Below, piece after piece: positions 9,616 to 18,601 of a stretch of 64,000 nucleotides of DNA (position 1 is its first letter; every line of letters begins with the position of its first letter). Position numbers and translations under genes: made by a program. The notes beneath the pieces were generated by a model. That model did not search any database and had not been told where the DNA came from. It saw only the letters and a program-made list of their open reading frames with translations. This DNA comes from an uncultured Armatimonadetes bacterium (GTDB lineage: Bacteria > Armatimonadota > Hebobacteria > Hebobacterales > Hebobacteraceae), in the NCBI GenBank assembly GCA_963716175.1, contig OY970296.1, forward strand, positions 1,536,001-1,600,000, in the 5' to 3' direction.

Positions 9616-10929
9616 GTGGGCCGCGTCATCGCAGTCGTCAACCAGAAAGGCGGCGTCGGCAAAACCACCACGGCCATCAACCTGGGGGCTTGCCTCGCAG
9701 CTCTCGGCCGGCGCGTCCTGCTGGTGGACATGGATCCTCAGGGAAATGCCACCAGCGGTCTGGGGATAGACAAGTCCGGAGTCGGGGCCACCGTCTACGA
9801 CTGCCTCCACGACAGTCGGCCCATCAGCGCCATCGCTGTTGACAGTTCTGTGGAGAACCTGTGGGTAGCGCCAGCAACGGTGGATCTGGCGGGCGCTGAA
9901 GTGGAACTGGTGAGCGCCCTGGCGCGGGAGACGCGACTGCGCGGCTGCGTAGCGCCGATCACCGATCAGTATGACTACCTGTTGCTGGACAGCCCTCCGT
10001 CCTTGGGCCTGCTCACAGTCAACTGTCTAGCCGCGGCCCAGTCCGTGCTCATCCCGATCCAATGCGAGTTCTATGCCCTGGAGGGGCTGACCCAACTCCG
10101 GCATACCCTGGGCCTGGTGGCGAGGATGCTGAACCCCCGGCTCGAGGTGCTCGGTGTGGTGCTGACCATGTTCGACAGCAGAACCCGGCTCTCGAGCGAG
10201 GTGGCGGACGAGGTGCGGCAGCACTTCCCGGGGCGGGTGTTCGGGGCGGTCATCCCGAGGAGCGTGAGATTGTCCGAGGCGCCCATCTATGGGAAGCCCA
10301 TTATCAGCTATGCGCCTGGCAGCCGTGGGGCGGAGGCCTATGCGGCCCTGGCGAGAGAGGTGGTGGCAATTGGAGAACCGCAGGGGGATCAGGTCGTTGA
10401 TACCGACCGGGATGCTGTCGGAGTTGGAGGGGGCGATAGAAGAGGTGCCGGTGGATCAGGTGGCGCCGAACCGGTTCCAGCCGCGGAAGCAGGCGCAAGA
10501 GGAGGGCCTGGCGGAACTGGTGGACTCGATCCGCACCCACGGGATTCTGCAGCCGCTGGTGGTGCGGCGGAGGGGGAGTGGGCTGGAGCTGATCGCCGGG
10601 GAGCGGAGGCTGGAGGCGGCCAAGCGGGCTGGACTGCAGCGGGTGCCGGTGGTGGTGCGGCAGGCGAGCGATCGAGAGATGGTGGAGCTGGCGCTGGTGG
10701 AGAATCTCCAGCGGGAGGACATCAACCCGATGGATGCGGCGGAGGCCTACGCGCGCCTGGTGAAGGAGTTCGGGTTGACGCAGGAGCAGGTGGCGGAGCG
10801 GGTGGGCAAGAGCAGGCCGGCGGTGGCGAACACCATCCGGCTGCTGAGCCTGCCGACCGCGATGCAGGAGAGCATCCGCCAGGGCAAGCTGGAGGAGGGG
10901 CACGGGAAGATCCTGGCTGGAGTCGCTGA
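9616..10929 (+). CDS. parA: ParA/Soj chromosome partitioning ATPase; conserved part ends near 10400 and the frame runs on into parB
   Basis: NQKGGVGKTTT, DMDPQGNAT, DSPPSLG, IPIQCEFYALEG, IPRSVRLSEAP. Confidence 0.9.
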   Translation: MGRVIAVVNQKGGVGKTTTAINLGACLAALGRRVLLVDMDPQGNATSGLGIDKSGVGATVYDCLHDSRPISAIAVDSSVENLWVAPATVDLAGAEVELVSALARETRLRGCVAPITDQYDYLLLDSPPSLGLLTVNCLAAAQSVLIPIQCEFYALEGLTQLRHTLGLVARMLNPRLEVLGVVLTMFDSRTRLSSEVADEVRQHFPGRVFGAVIPRSVRLSEAPIYGKPIISYAPGSRGAEAYAALAREVVAIGEPQGDQVVDTDRDAVGVGGGDRRGAGGSGGAEPVPAAEAGARGGPGGTGGLDPHPRDSAAAGGAAEGEWAGADRRGAEAGGGQAGWTAAGAGGGAAGERSRDGGAGAGGESPAGGHQPDGCGGGLRAPGEGVRVDAGAGGGAGGQEQAGGGEHHPAAEPADRDAGEHPPGQAGGGAREDPGWSR

Positions 10930-11221
10930 TGACAGGGTGCGGCTGAGGCTATTTCGGCGCATTGTCAGAAGGGGGATTTCGGTCAAGGAGACGGCTAGTC
11001 TCGCCGCCAAGCTCACGGGGGGCAGTGTTCCACGTGGAACAATTTTAGGTGGGCCTAAATTTCCTCAGCTCGACCCGAACCTCCAGGCGCTCCAGGACCA
11101 GATGCAAGATCGCCTCAGCGCCCAGGTCCGCATCCGCCCCAAGGGCAAAGGCGGTACCGTCGAGATCGGCTACGCGGACGAAATCGAGCTGGACCGGATC
11201 TATTGGGAGGTGATGAGGTAG
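10370..11221 (+). CDS. parB: ParB/Spo0J
   Basis: TTG start after GAGGTGG; PNRFQPR, GILQPL, IAGERR, ALVENLQRED, HTH GKSRPAVAN. Confidence 0.93.
   Translation: MENRRGIRSLIPTGMLSELEGAIEEVPVDQVAPNRFQPRKQAQEEGLAELVDSIRTHGILQPLVVRRRGSGLELIAGERRLEAAKRAGLQRVPVVVRQASDREMVELALVENLQREDINPMDAAEAYARLVKEFGLTQEQVAERVGKSRPAVANTIRLLSLPTAMQESIRQGKLEEGHGKILAGVADDRVRLRLFRRIVRRGISVKETASLAAKLTGGSVPRGTILGGPKFPQLDPNLQALQDQMQDRLSAQVRIRPKGKGGTVEIGYADEIELDRIYWEVMR
11026..11041. promoter_or_regulatory. parS centromere-like site inside parB
   Basis: Perfect palindrome TGTTCCACGTGGAACA matching the Bacillus-type consensus. Confidence 0.92.
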
Positions 11222-11225
11222 GCAG

Positions 11226-11271
11226 GGGCAGGAGCAAGTCGCCAGAGGCGACTGAAGCCCCTGCCCAACGG
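11226..11271. repeat. REP-like family GGGCAGG..CCTGCCCAACG
   Basis: Copies at 11226, 12851, 17332, 21658, 23247, 53718; three carry an inner GTCGCCAGAGGCGAC-type hairpin. Confidence 0.8.
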
Positions 11272-11528
11272 GGGGAATGATACCAAGATGAGGCTTGGTA
11301 GCTGTGCGAGCAGGCGCGACGGGGGTCAGGTGTGAGCACGGATTGGTCGGACGCGGCGATTGAGGAGCGTGCGGCGGGTGTGGCGGCCGAGATCAGAAAG
11401 GCCGCGCGTTCCGCTCGGAATGAGGCCGAACTTGCAGGCGGATGCACCCGATGGTGTTGACCGTCCCGCTAAGCGAAGCTCCGTGGGCCGCTCGCTCACG
11501 GCGGGTAGTCCGAGCCGGCTGCGAAGCC

Positions 11529-12452
11529 ATGGCCCTTGGAGTGCTGCTGGCACTGGTGGGAGGCTGCGGCAGATCGCCGAGTCGCCCGAAGCTCCTGACC
11601 CACGCCCCCACTGAAGAGCCGCAGCTCGTCGCCAAGCTTCAGGGCCAGGACCCGGACTTGCCCTATCCTCGCTCGCGGAGCCGGGAGGGACGTGCCAGGG
11701 CTACCGCGCTGCTGCCCCCAGGTTACAGAGTTCGCGCAACTGCCAAGGGGGATAGCGGCTGGGCCGTGGTGGGGAGCGACCGCGCCGACCGCGAAGACGG
11801 ACTCTGGCTGTTCGCGCTGGACTGGACTCCCCTGCGCAAGGTGACCGGGATACCGTCTGCTCCGTTCGGGCTCAGGCAGACGGTTGAGGTCGCCTGGGAC
11901 CCTCGGGGCCCGAGACTCGCGGTGCTGGTCCTGATAGGGGGAGGGGCCAGCGACATCGGGAACCGGGCCGTGCTGGGCGTGGTGGAACAGGCGCGGGCTA
12001 AGCTGGTGCCTATGTGGCACGACGGAAGGATAGTGCCGTTCATCTACACCCCGATGGAGCCTGCTCTGCTGTGGTCGCAGCGCGATCTGATAGCTGCGAT
12101 CAACGCGTCGCCGGACCTCATACTGATTCGCGTGGAAGGAGACAGCCGGGAAATCAGCATGGTGCGCATCCCATACCCCTGGCCCGGATACCTCCACGCC
12201 ATGCGCCGCGTCCTGGCGTCGCCTGACGGGCGCTACGTGGCCTTCGACCAGTGCGTCTTTGACTGGCGTCCCCCCAAGGCTGGCATCTGGTTGGCGGACT
12301 TCGCTACCGGGGAGGCGGCCGAGCTGACCTACGAGGAGGGAGCGGAGTATTACCACAGCCTGGTACGCTGGGAAGACTCAGAGACGCTGCTCGTCCGGGG
12401 CACGAGCAAGGCCGGGACTGCCGACCTGTACCGGGTCAGAGTAAGGCGATAG
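11529..12452 (+). CDS. hypothetical lipoprotein, possible beta-propeller/TolB-like
   Basis: Lipobox-like LLALVGGC; WDPRG and SPDGRYVAF blade-like motifs; start uncertain (ORF open from 11442). Confidence 0.5.
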   Translation: MALGVLLALVGGCGRSPSRPKLLTHAPTEEPQLVAKLQGQDPDLPYPRSRSREGRARATALLPPGYRVRATAKGDSGWAVVGSDRADREDGLWLFALDWTPLRKVTGIPSAPFGLRQTVEVAWDPRGPRLAVLVLIGGGASDIGNRAVLGVVEQARAKLVPMWHDGRIVPFIYTPMEPALLWSQRDLIAAINASPDLILIRVEGDSREISMVRIPYPWPGYLHAMRRVLASPDGRYVAFDQCVFDWRPPKAGIWLADFATGEAAELTYEEGAEYYHSLVRWEDSETLLVRGTSKAGTADLYRVRVRR

Positions 12453-12931
12453 GGTGCGAACCCATCGTCTGCTCCCTCAGCTGCGATCACGGCCAGGCAG
12501 AGGTGAACTTGCATTCCTGCACAGCCAAATCGTGGGAGGCGGCGGAGGCATGTGGGGTGAAGGTGGCGGAGGAGCTGGAGGTGATTCAGAGGGCGCTGCG
12601 GGGTAGGAGGTAAGGTGCTCTGTGCGCCCGCCCCGCCCGTGCAACGTTGGGAGAGGCGGCGGTGGGTCTGGCGGTTCCCCCTGAGCTACGTGGGAATAGG
12701 TGCGTTAGGTTGGCCGGTCCCCTGGCGGGCGCACAGAGGGGGGATATCCTCGACAAAGTGCACTCCAGGGTGTAGCTCCTGGCAGGTGGCACAGCCAGTC
12801 GCCCCGAGGACGGGGCTGCCACAGGGCTGCGAGCCCCGGAGGCAGCTTCTGGGCAGGAGGCAAGTCGCCAGAAGCCACTGAAGCTCCTGCCCAACGGGCA
12901 CAGCGCGGATGGGGCGGGATGAATCCCGCCC

Positions 12932-15070
12932 TTACTCTCTGATTTGCGCGTCCAGGTTGGCTCGCAGGCTATCCCTCACTCGGCCCATGGCCTCTTCGAC
13001 CTCTTCGTCGGTGAGGGTGCGAGTGGGATGGCGGAAGGTGAGGGAGAAGGCGAGGTTGCGCTGGCCGGGGGCCAGCGGCGCGCCCTGGTAGGCGTCGAAG
13101 AGCACCAGGGACTCCAGCTCGGGGCCCGCGGTCTCCCGGATCAGCATCTCGGCCCGGCGAGCCGCCAGCTCACGAGAGACCAGGAAGGCGACATCCCGGG
13201 TGACCGCGGGGAAGCGGCTGACCGGCTGATAGTGGGGAAGGGCGACGTGCCTTCGCAGCAGCTCGAGATCAAGCTCAGCCACGTACACGGCATCTGGAAG
13301 GTCGTAAGCATCGCTCACCTTGTCGGTGACCTCCCCGAAGTAGCCGATCACGTCTTCCCCTAAGCTGACCTGCGCGGCCCGGCCTGGCCGCAGAGCGGGA
13401 TGGGAGCAAGGGGCGTAATCGCCCGGCGTTAGCGCCACGGCCTGGATGACGGCCTCGACCACTCCCTTGAGGGCATAGAAGTCCCAGCGCGCCGCGCCCT
13501 CCTTCGCCGCCCAGCGGCCCCGCGCCATGACGCCAGTGCCGGCCAGGCCGAGGTGTTGGGGCTGGTCGGGCAGCTCGCTGGGGCCGCGATTGAGGTAGAC
13601 CCGGCCCAGGTCGAAGAGGCTGGCATCGGGCACCCCGTGGCGGCGGTTGTGGCTGAGCACGTCGAGCAGCGAAGTCAACAGGGTGGTCCGAAGCTGGGAG
13701 CGGTCCACGGTCTTGGCGTTGCTGAGCACTACGGAGCTAGCAAGCGGGTGGTTGCTTGGCAGCCCAAGGCGAGCCCGCGCCTCGGGCGATTCCAGGCTGG
13801 AGGTGACGGCCTCGCTGAGGCCGAGGCCGCGCAGGAGGGCGCGCAGCTCCCGTTCCAGGGCGAGGTCGGCCGGCAGCCGGCCGACGCCGGACGGGGCCCT
13901 GGGGAGCGTCTCGGGAAGGTTGACGTAGTCATGGGCGCGCGCGACTTCCTCAATCAGGTCAGTCTCCTGTTTCAGGTCCTGGCGGAAGGTGGGGACGCGG
14001 ATGAGAAGGTGGGCAGGTCGCGGACCTGCCCTACCGGGAGCGGCCGGCGGTTGCGAACCTGTGCTACGAACGCCAAGGCCGAGGCGGCGGAGGTGGGAGG
14101 CGATCTCGTCGGCCGTCAGCTTCAGGCCCAGCAGTGCGTTACTGCGCTCGGGCCGGAGAGCGATTTCGGCCTCGGGGATGGGGTTGGGATAGGCGTCAAC
14201 CACGCCCTGGGCGATCTCGACCGGGCCCTGGTTGAACTCCGCGATCAGCTCGCAGGCGCGATCCAGGGCGAGAATGGTGCCGCCGGGATCAACCACGCGC
14301 TCGAAGCGGTAGGAGGCCTCGGTGCTCATCTGGAGGGACCTGGCGCCGCGGCGGATGGTGCGAGGGTCGAAGTGGGCGGATTCGAGCAGCACCTCGGTGG
14401 TGCCGTCGTGGATCTCGGTGCTGCTGCCGCCCATGATGCCGGCCAGGGCGATGGGGCCGCTGGGGTCTGCGATCAACAGGACCTGGGGAGTCAGCCCGCG
14501 CTCCTCCCCGTCAATGGTGACCAGGCGCTCGCCTGCCTCCGCGAGCCGGACGATGATGGTGGGGGTGGAGGCGCCGGGGGTGGCGCGCAGCAGGCGATAG
14601 TCGAAGGCGTGCAAAGGCTGGCCCAGCTCCAGCATCACCAGGTTGGTGGCATCCACTACGTTGTTGATGGGCCGCAGGCCGCACAGCTCCAGGCGGCGCT
14701 GCGCCCAGGGCGGGGAGGGGGCGATCTTCACCTGGCGGACGATGCGAGCCGAGTAGCGAGGGCAGAGGGCCGGGTCGGCGAGCACGATGCTGGCGAGCGC
14801 GGAGGCCGGAGGGCCGGTCTCAGCGGGGCAGGAGACGGGCTCTGGCGCGGCCAGGGGCCTGCGCAGGGCAGCGGCAAGCTCGCGCGCCACACCGACGAGA
14901 GAGAGGCAGTCGCCGCGGTTCGGTGTGACGGTGATGTTGAGCACCGGGGCGGCGGCCTCGCCCTCGATCGCCTCCACCTCGAGGCCGACGTTGGTGAGGA
15001 CGTCGGCCAGCTCCTTGAGCTGGAGGTTGTTGGGCACGCGTTCATTGAGCCAGTCTACGGGTAGGCGCAT
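12932..15070 (-). CDS. pheT: phenylalanine-tRNA ligase beta subunit (short form without the B2 OB domain)
   Basis: TPNRGDCLS, INNVVDATN, GQPLHAFD, LLESAHF, DLIEEVAR, C-terminal FDX-ACB RFPAVTRD. Confidence 0.95.
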   Translation of the reverse strand: MRLPVDWLNERVPNNLQLKELADVLTNVGLEVEAIEGEAAAPVLNITVTPNRGDCLSLVGVARELAAALRRPLAAPEPVSCPAETGPPASALASIVLADPALCPRYSARIVRQVKIAPSPPWAQRRLELCGLRPINNVVDATNLVMLELGQPLHAFDYRLLRATPGASTPTIIVRLAEAGERLVTIDGEERGLTPQVLLIADPSGPIALAGIMGGSSTEIHDGTTEVLLESAHFDPRTIRRGARSLQMSTEASYRFERVVDPGGTILALDRACELIAEFNQGPVEIAQGVVDAYPNPIPEAEIALRPERSNALLGLKLTADEIASHLRRLGLGVRSTGSQPPAAPGRAGPRPAHLLIRVPTFRQDLKQETDLIEEVARAHDYVNLPETLPRAPSGVGRLPADLALERELRALLRGLGLSEAVTSSLESPEARARLGLPSNHPLASSVVLSNAKTVDRSQLRTTLLTSLLDVLSHNRRHGVPDASLFDLGRVYLNRGPSELPDQPQHLGLAGTGVMARGRWAAKEGAARWDFYALKGVVEAVIQAVALTPGDYAPCSHPALRPGRAAQVSLGEDVIGYFGEVTDKVSDAYDLPDAVYVAELDLELLRRHVALPHYQPVSRFPAVTRDVAFLVSRELAARRAEMLIRETAGPELESLVLFDAYQGAPLAPGQRNLAFSLTFRHPTRTLTDEEVEEAMGRVRDSLRANLDAQIRE

Positions 15071-15214
15071 GGTGTTAGCCTTTCATTGTCAACAACGACG
15101 GCCGGCGGGCATAGGAATGCCCGCCCTACAGGGGACAGAGGGCAAGTGGCTAAGCCTGCTTCGCAGGCCGCCACCCCGGCTGCCTCAGGCAGCCTAGGGG
15201 CCCCTGCCCAACCT

Positions 15215-15993
15215 TCATATCGCCTCGGCGATCCAGATCTGCTCATGGGATTCTGGGGCCAGGGGTTCGCGCGCGAAGCTCCCGTAAGCGGCCACCACCT
15301 GGTAGCCGCAGCTCTCCAGCAGTGGGGGCACTTCCGCCGGGAACAGGTAGCGCGCCACTAGGGTGTGCTCGAACTCGCGGGTGGTGCGGCCGGCCGAGTC
15401 CCTCCACTGATAGGTGATGTGAGAGATCACCTGCTGGCGCCGGGGGAGGAATTCGGTGGAGTCGAAGGCCACCACTTCGCCATCGGGCTCCGGTGCATGG
15501 AAGCGAGCCATCTCTTGTCTAGCAAGGCGTCCCTTGTCGAGCAGGTCGGCTGGTGGGACGAAGAAGCTCATGATCAGCTTCCCTCCAGGAGCGAGGTGGC
15601 GGCAGACGGCGCGCAGGGCGCGGCGCCGGTCGGCCGCAGTGAGCAGATAGAGGAAGGCGCGGAACGGGATGATGGCCAGCGGGAAGCGCCGGCGGAGGGC
15701 GAAGGCGCGCATGTCGGCGGCCACCGCCAGCACCCGGCCGGGCAGCTCGGGGTGGCCGGCGCGGTTGCGACCCAACACCCGGAGCATGGCGGGGGAGCTG
15801 TCAATGCCCACCACTTCCAGGCCGATAGCAGCGAGACAGAGCGCGAGCCGGCCGGTGCCGACGCCGATCTCCAGGATGGGGGAGCCGGCAGCCCTGGCCT
15901 CTTCGGCGAAGAAGAGGACGTCCTCCAGGTAGTTCCCCGGGTAACCGTCGTAGAGCTCGGCGATGGGGTCGTATTGGTTCTGGGTCGCGGCAA
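15215..15993 (-). CDS. class I SAM-dependent methyltransferase (start uncertain)
   Basis: YDPIAELYD, ILEIGVGTGR, GIDSSPAML, ADMRAF, HLAPGG. Confidence 0.8.
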
Positions 15994-16076
15994 GAGGTCC
16001 GCCGGTGGCGGACCTCCGCAGGTTGTCGCTCGCTTCCGCTCGCGACGAACCTACGCCACTGGTGGGAGTGCGCTGG

Positions 16077-17186
16077 CTAGAATTGGCGCAGGAAACGCAT
16101 GTCATTTTCGTACAGGGTACGGATGTGCTCGATGCCGAAGCGGCGCTGGGCCATGCGCTCAATCCCGAAGCCGAAAGCGAATCCGCTCACCTTGTCCGGG
16201 TCGTAGCCGCCGGCGACCAGGACATTGGGATGCACCAGGCCGGAGCCGCCGATCTCCACCCAGCCGCTCTCCTTGCAGAAACGACAGCCCTGGCCGCCGC
16301 AGAACTCGCAGTTCACCGAGAAGTCGGCGCTGGGCTCGGTGAAGGGGAAGAAGTCGGGCCGGAAGCGCATGCGGGTCTGGGGGCCGAGGTACTCGCGCAA
16401 AAAGGTAGCGAGCGTTCCCTTGAGGTCAGAGAAGGTGATGCCCTCATCCACCAGCAGGCCCTCGATCTGGTAGAAGATGTCGTGATGGGTGAGGGTGACG
16501 CTCTCTCTCCGGTAGGTGCGGCCTGGCACCACCACACGGGTCGGGCTGGGCTGGCACCGGCAGTGGGAGAGCGCTTGCATGGGTGGGAAGCGGGGATCGA
16601 GGGTGCGGACCGGGCAGGACTCCTGGTGGTGGGCGCGCATCGCCCTGATCTGCACCGGGGAGGTGTGGGTGCGGAGCATGGTGTCATCGGTGACGTAGAA
16701 GCTGTCCTGCTCGTCCATGGCGGGATGGTCGGGGGGGTAGTTAAGCGCGGTCCAGTTCAGGGTGCACCACTCCACCTCGGGGCCGGTGGTGACCTCGTAG
16801 CCCAGGCCGACGAAGATGTCCAGCAGGCCCTCCAGGGTGGTCATGAGGGGGTGGCGATGGCCGATCTCCATGCCCCGGCCGGGGAGCGTGACGTCGAGCT
16901 GCTCGGCCGCCGCCTGCTGGGCGGCGGTCCGGGTTTCGAGCTGCTGGCGACGGCGCACCAGGGCGGCCTCGACCCGGGCGCGAGCTTCGTTGGCGGCGCG
17001 GCCGGCGGCCGGACGGGAGGCCGCGGGGAGGCGCCCCAGGCTGCGCAGGGCCGAGGTGAGCTTGCCCTCGCGGCCCAGGTAAGCGACTCGCACGCGATCC
17101 AGCTCAGGCAGCTCGTTGGCGGAGGCGAAGGCGGCCTCTGCCTCTTGCGCCAGATTCAGGATGTCTTCGGCGAAGTGGTCGGTCAT
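16077..17186 (-). CDS. pheS: phenylalanine-tRNA ligase alpha subunit
   Basis: LDVTLPG, HPA, LRTHTSPVQIR, FPFTEPS, GFAFGFGIER, FLRQF end. Confidence 0.96.
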   Translation of the reverse strand: MTDHFAEDILNLAQEAEAAFASANELPELDRVRVAYLGREGKLTSALRSLGRLPAASRPAAGRAANEARARVEAALVRRRQQLETRTAAQQAAAEQLDVTLPGRGMEIGHRHPLMTTLEGLLDIFVGLGYEVTTGPEVEWCTLNWTALNYPPDHPAMDEQDSFYVTDDTMLRTHTSPVQIRAMRAHHQESCPVRTLDPRFPPMQALSHCRCQPSPTRVVVPGRTYRRESVTLTHHDIFYQIEGLLVDEGITFSDLKGTLATFLREYLGPQTRMRFRPDFFPFTEPSADFSVNCEFCGGQGCRFCKESGWVEIGGSGLVHPNVLVAGGYDPDKVSGFAFGFGIERMAQRRFGIEHIRTLYENDMRFLRQF

Positions 17187-17369
17187 GTGAGTTCCTCGTC
17201 CGTACAGAACTGCCCCACCCCTTCCGCCCCGATGGGCGTGAAGGGGTAGGCTACCACCCTGACGGCGGGCGGCGATGCGTCGTCCGCCTCCGCTGAAGCT
17301 GCGGCGGATCCCGCATGGCCGCCCTACAGCAGGGCAGGGGCAAGCCCCTGCCCAACGGGAAAGGCCCCA

Positions 17370-17730
17370 ACAGAAAAGCCGCGGCCTGTCCTGAAGGGAC
17401 GAAAGTGGCTGAGTCTGCTTTCGGCAGACCGCCACCCCGGCCCGCCTGCGGCGGGCCCAGGGGCCGAGGCTTCCGCGGTACCACCCATATTGCCCTGCTG
17501 CGCCAAGGCTAGGCAGGGCCGCTCTAGGTCCCGATAACGGGGGATAACCGGCGCCGCCTAGTGTCCCCGCAACTGCTCTCGGCGGGCATGCTTCGCATAC
17601 CCGCCCTACAGGGGGTTCAGCGGCGCGGCTCCGGGGCGAACTTCAGCGGATCACCCGCGGGAGCGCCTCTCAGCCGGTGAGCGCTCCTCTCTGGCGGGGT
17701 GCGGGCCGCTTACTCCTCCCCTTCGACGCC
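17370..17730 (-). ncRNA. T-box riboswitch (Phe, UUC specifier) leading pheS
   Basis: Minus strand: Stem I with AGTA/AGAGAG/GCTGAG motifs, GAAG-TTC specifier (~17638-17640), CCGTTA box, T-box AATATGGGTGGTACCGCGG (17473-17491), TTCGTCCC partner, terminator with U-tract. Confidence 0.9.
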
Positions 17731-17750
17731 GGTATGTGATTGTGGCAGGG

Positions 17751-17780
17751 AGTGTAGCATAGACGAGGTGAGAGCGGCAA
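17751..17780 (-). promoter_or_regulatory. promoter for the T-box/pheS transcript
   Basis: TTGCCG-18 bp-TACACT with TG extension. Confidence 0.5.
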
Positions 17781-17905
17781 GGGGAGTCGAGAGAAAGGCG
17801 CCGCGCGACGGGCGACGGACAGAGATACCCGCAGCGCAGTCGGCAGGGCAGGGTGGAAATCGCCGGGAGTCGAATCGCGGTCGGGGAGATGAGGAGGAGA
17901 GAGCG

Positions 17906-18550
17906 ATGGCGCGACGGGTGCGAGTCGGGGTGCTGGCCTCCGGGGGCGGGACGAATCTCCAGGCGATCATGGACAACTGCGCCTCCGGCCGGATTGGCGC
18001 CGAGGTGGCGGTGGTGATCAGTGACGTGGAGTGCGGGGCGCTGGACAGGGCCCGCAGGGCGGGCATCCCGGAGCACTGGCTGAACCGGCACGACAGGCAG
18101 CGCTTCCCCGATCGAGAGGCCTTCGACCGGGCGGTGTTGGAGCGGCTGGAGGCGCATCACGTGGATCTGGTCTGCCTGGCGGGTTACCTGCGGATCATGA
18201 CCGCGGAGCTGATTGACGCCTGCGCGGGCCGGATGATGAACACGCATCCGGCCTTGCTGCCCGCCTTCGGGGGGAAGGGCATGTGGGGCCATCACGTGCA
18301 TCAGGCGGTGCTCGACTACGGGTGCAAGGTATCTGGCTGCACCATCCACTTCGTGACTCTGGAGACCGATGGCGGGCCCATCATTCTGCAGCGGGCAGTG
18401 CCGGTGGAGGAGGACGACACCGCGGAGACGCTGGCGGCGCGCATCTTGCCCCACGAGCATGCGCTCTATTCCCGGGCGATCCAGCTGTTTGCCGAGGGCA
18501 GGTTGAAGATCGAGGGGAGGCGGGTGAGGATATTGCCGCAAGGAACGTGA
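17906..18550 (+). CDS. purN: phosphoribosylglycinamide formyltransferase
   Basis: VLASGGGTNLQAI, LAGYLRI, NTHPALLP, GCTIHFV, DGGPII. Confidence 0.95.
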   Translation: MARRVRVGVLASGGGTNLQAIMDNCASGRIGAEVAVVISDVECGALDRARRAGIPEHWLNRHDRQRFPDREAFDRAVLERLEAHHVDLVCLAGYLRIMTAELIDACAGRMMNTHPALLPAFGGKGMWGHHVHQAVLDYGCKVSGCTIHFVTLETDGGPIILQRAVPVEEDDTAETLAARILPHEHALYSRAIQLFAEGRLKIEGRRVRILPQGT

Positions 18551-18601
18551 TCCGCAGATTACGCAGATTGCACAGATGAATGCGATCCGCAGATTACGCA
18601 G

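Noticed and set aside
12480-12850. Short ORFs downstream of the lipoprotein
   Set aside because: No consistent RBS or motif; at most a gene remnant.
12932-15070. pheT as a truncated gene (no B2 domain)
   Set aside because: Short PheT forms occur in several phyla, and the frame is intact.
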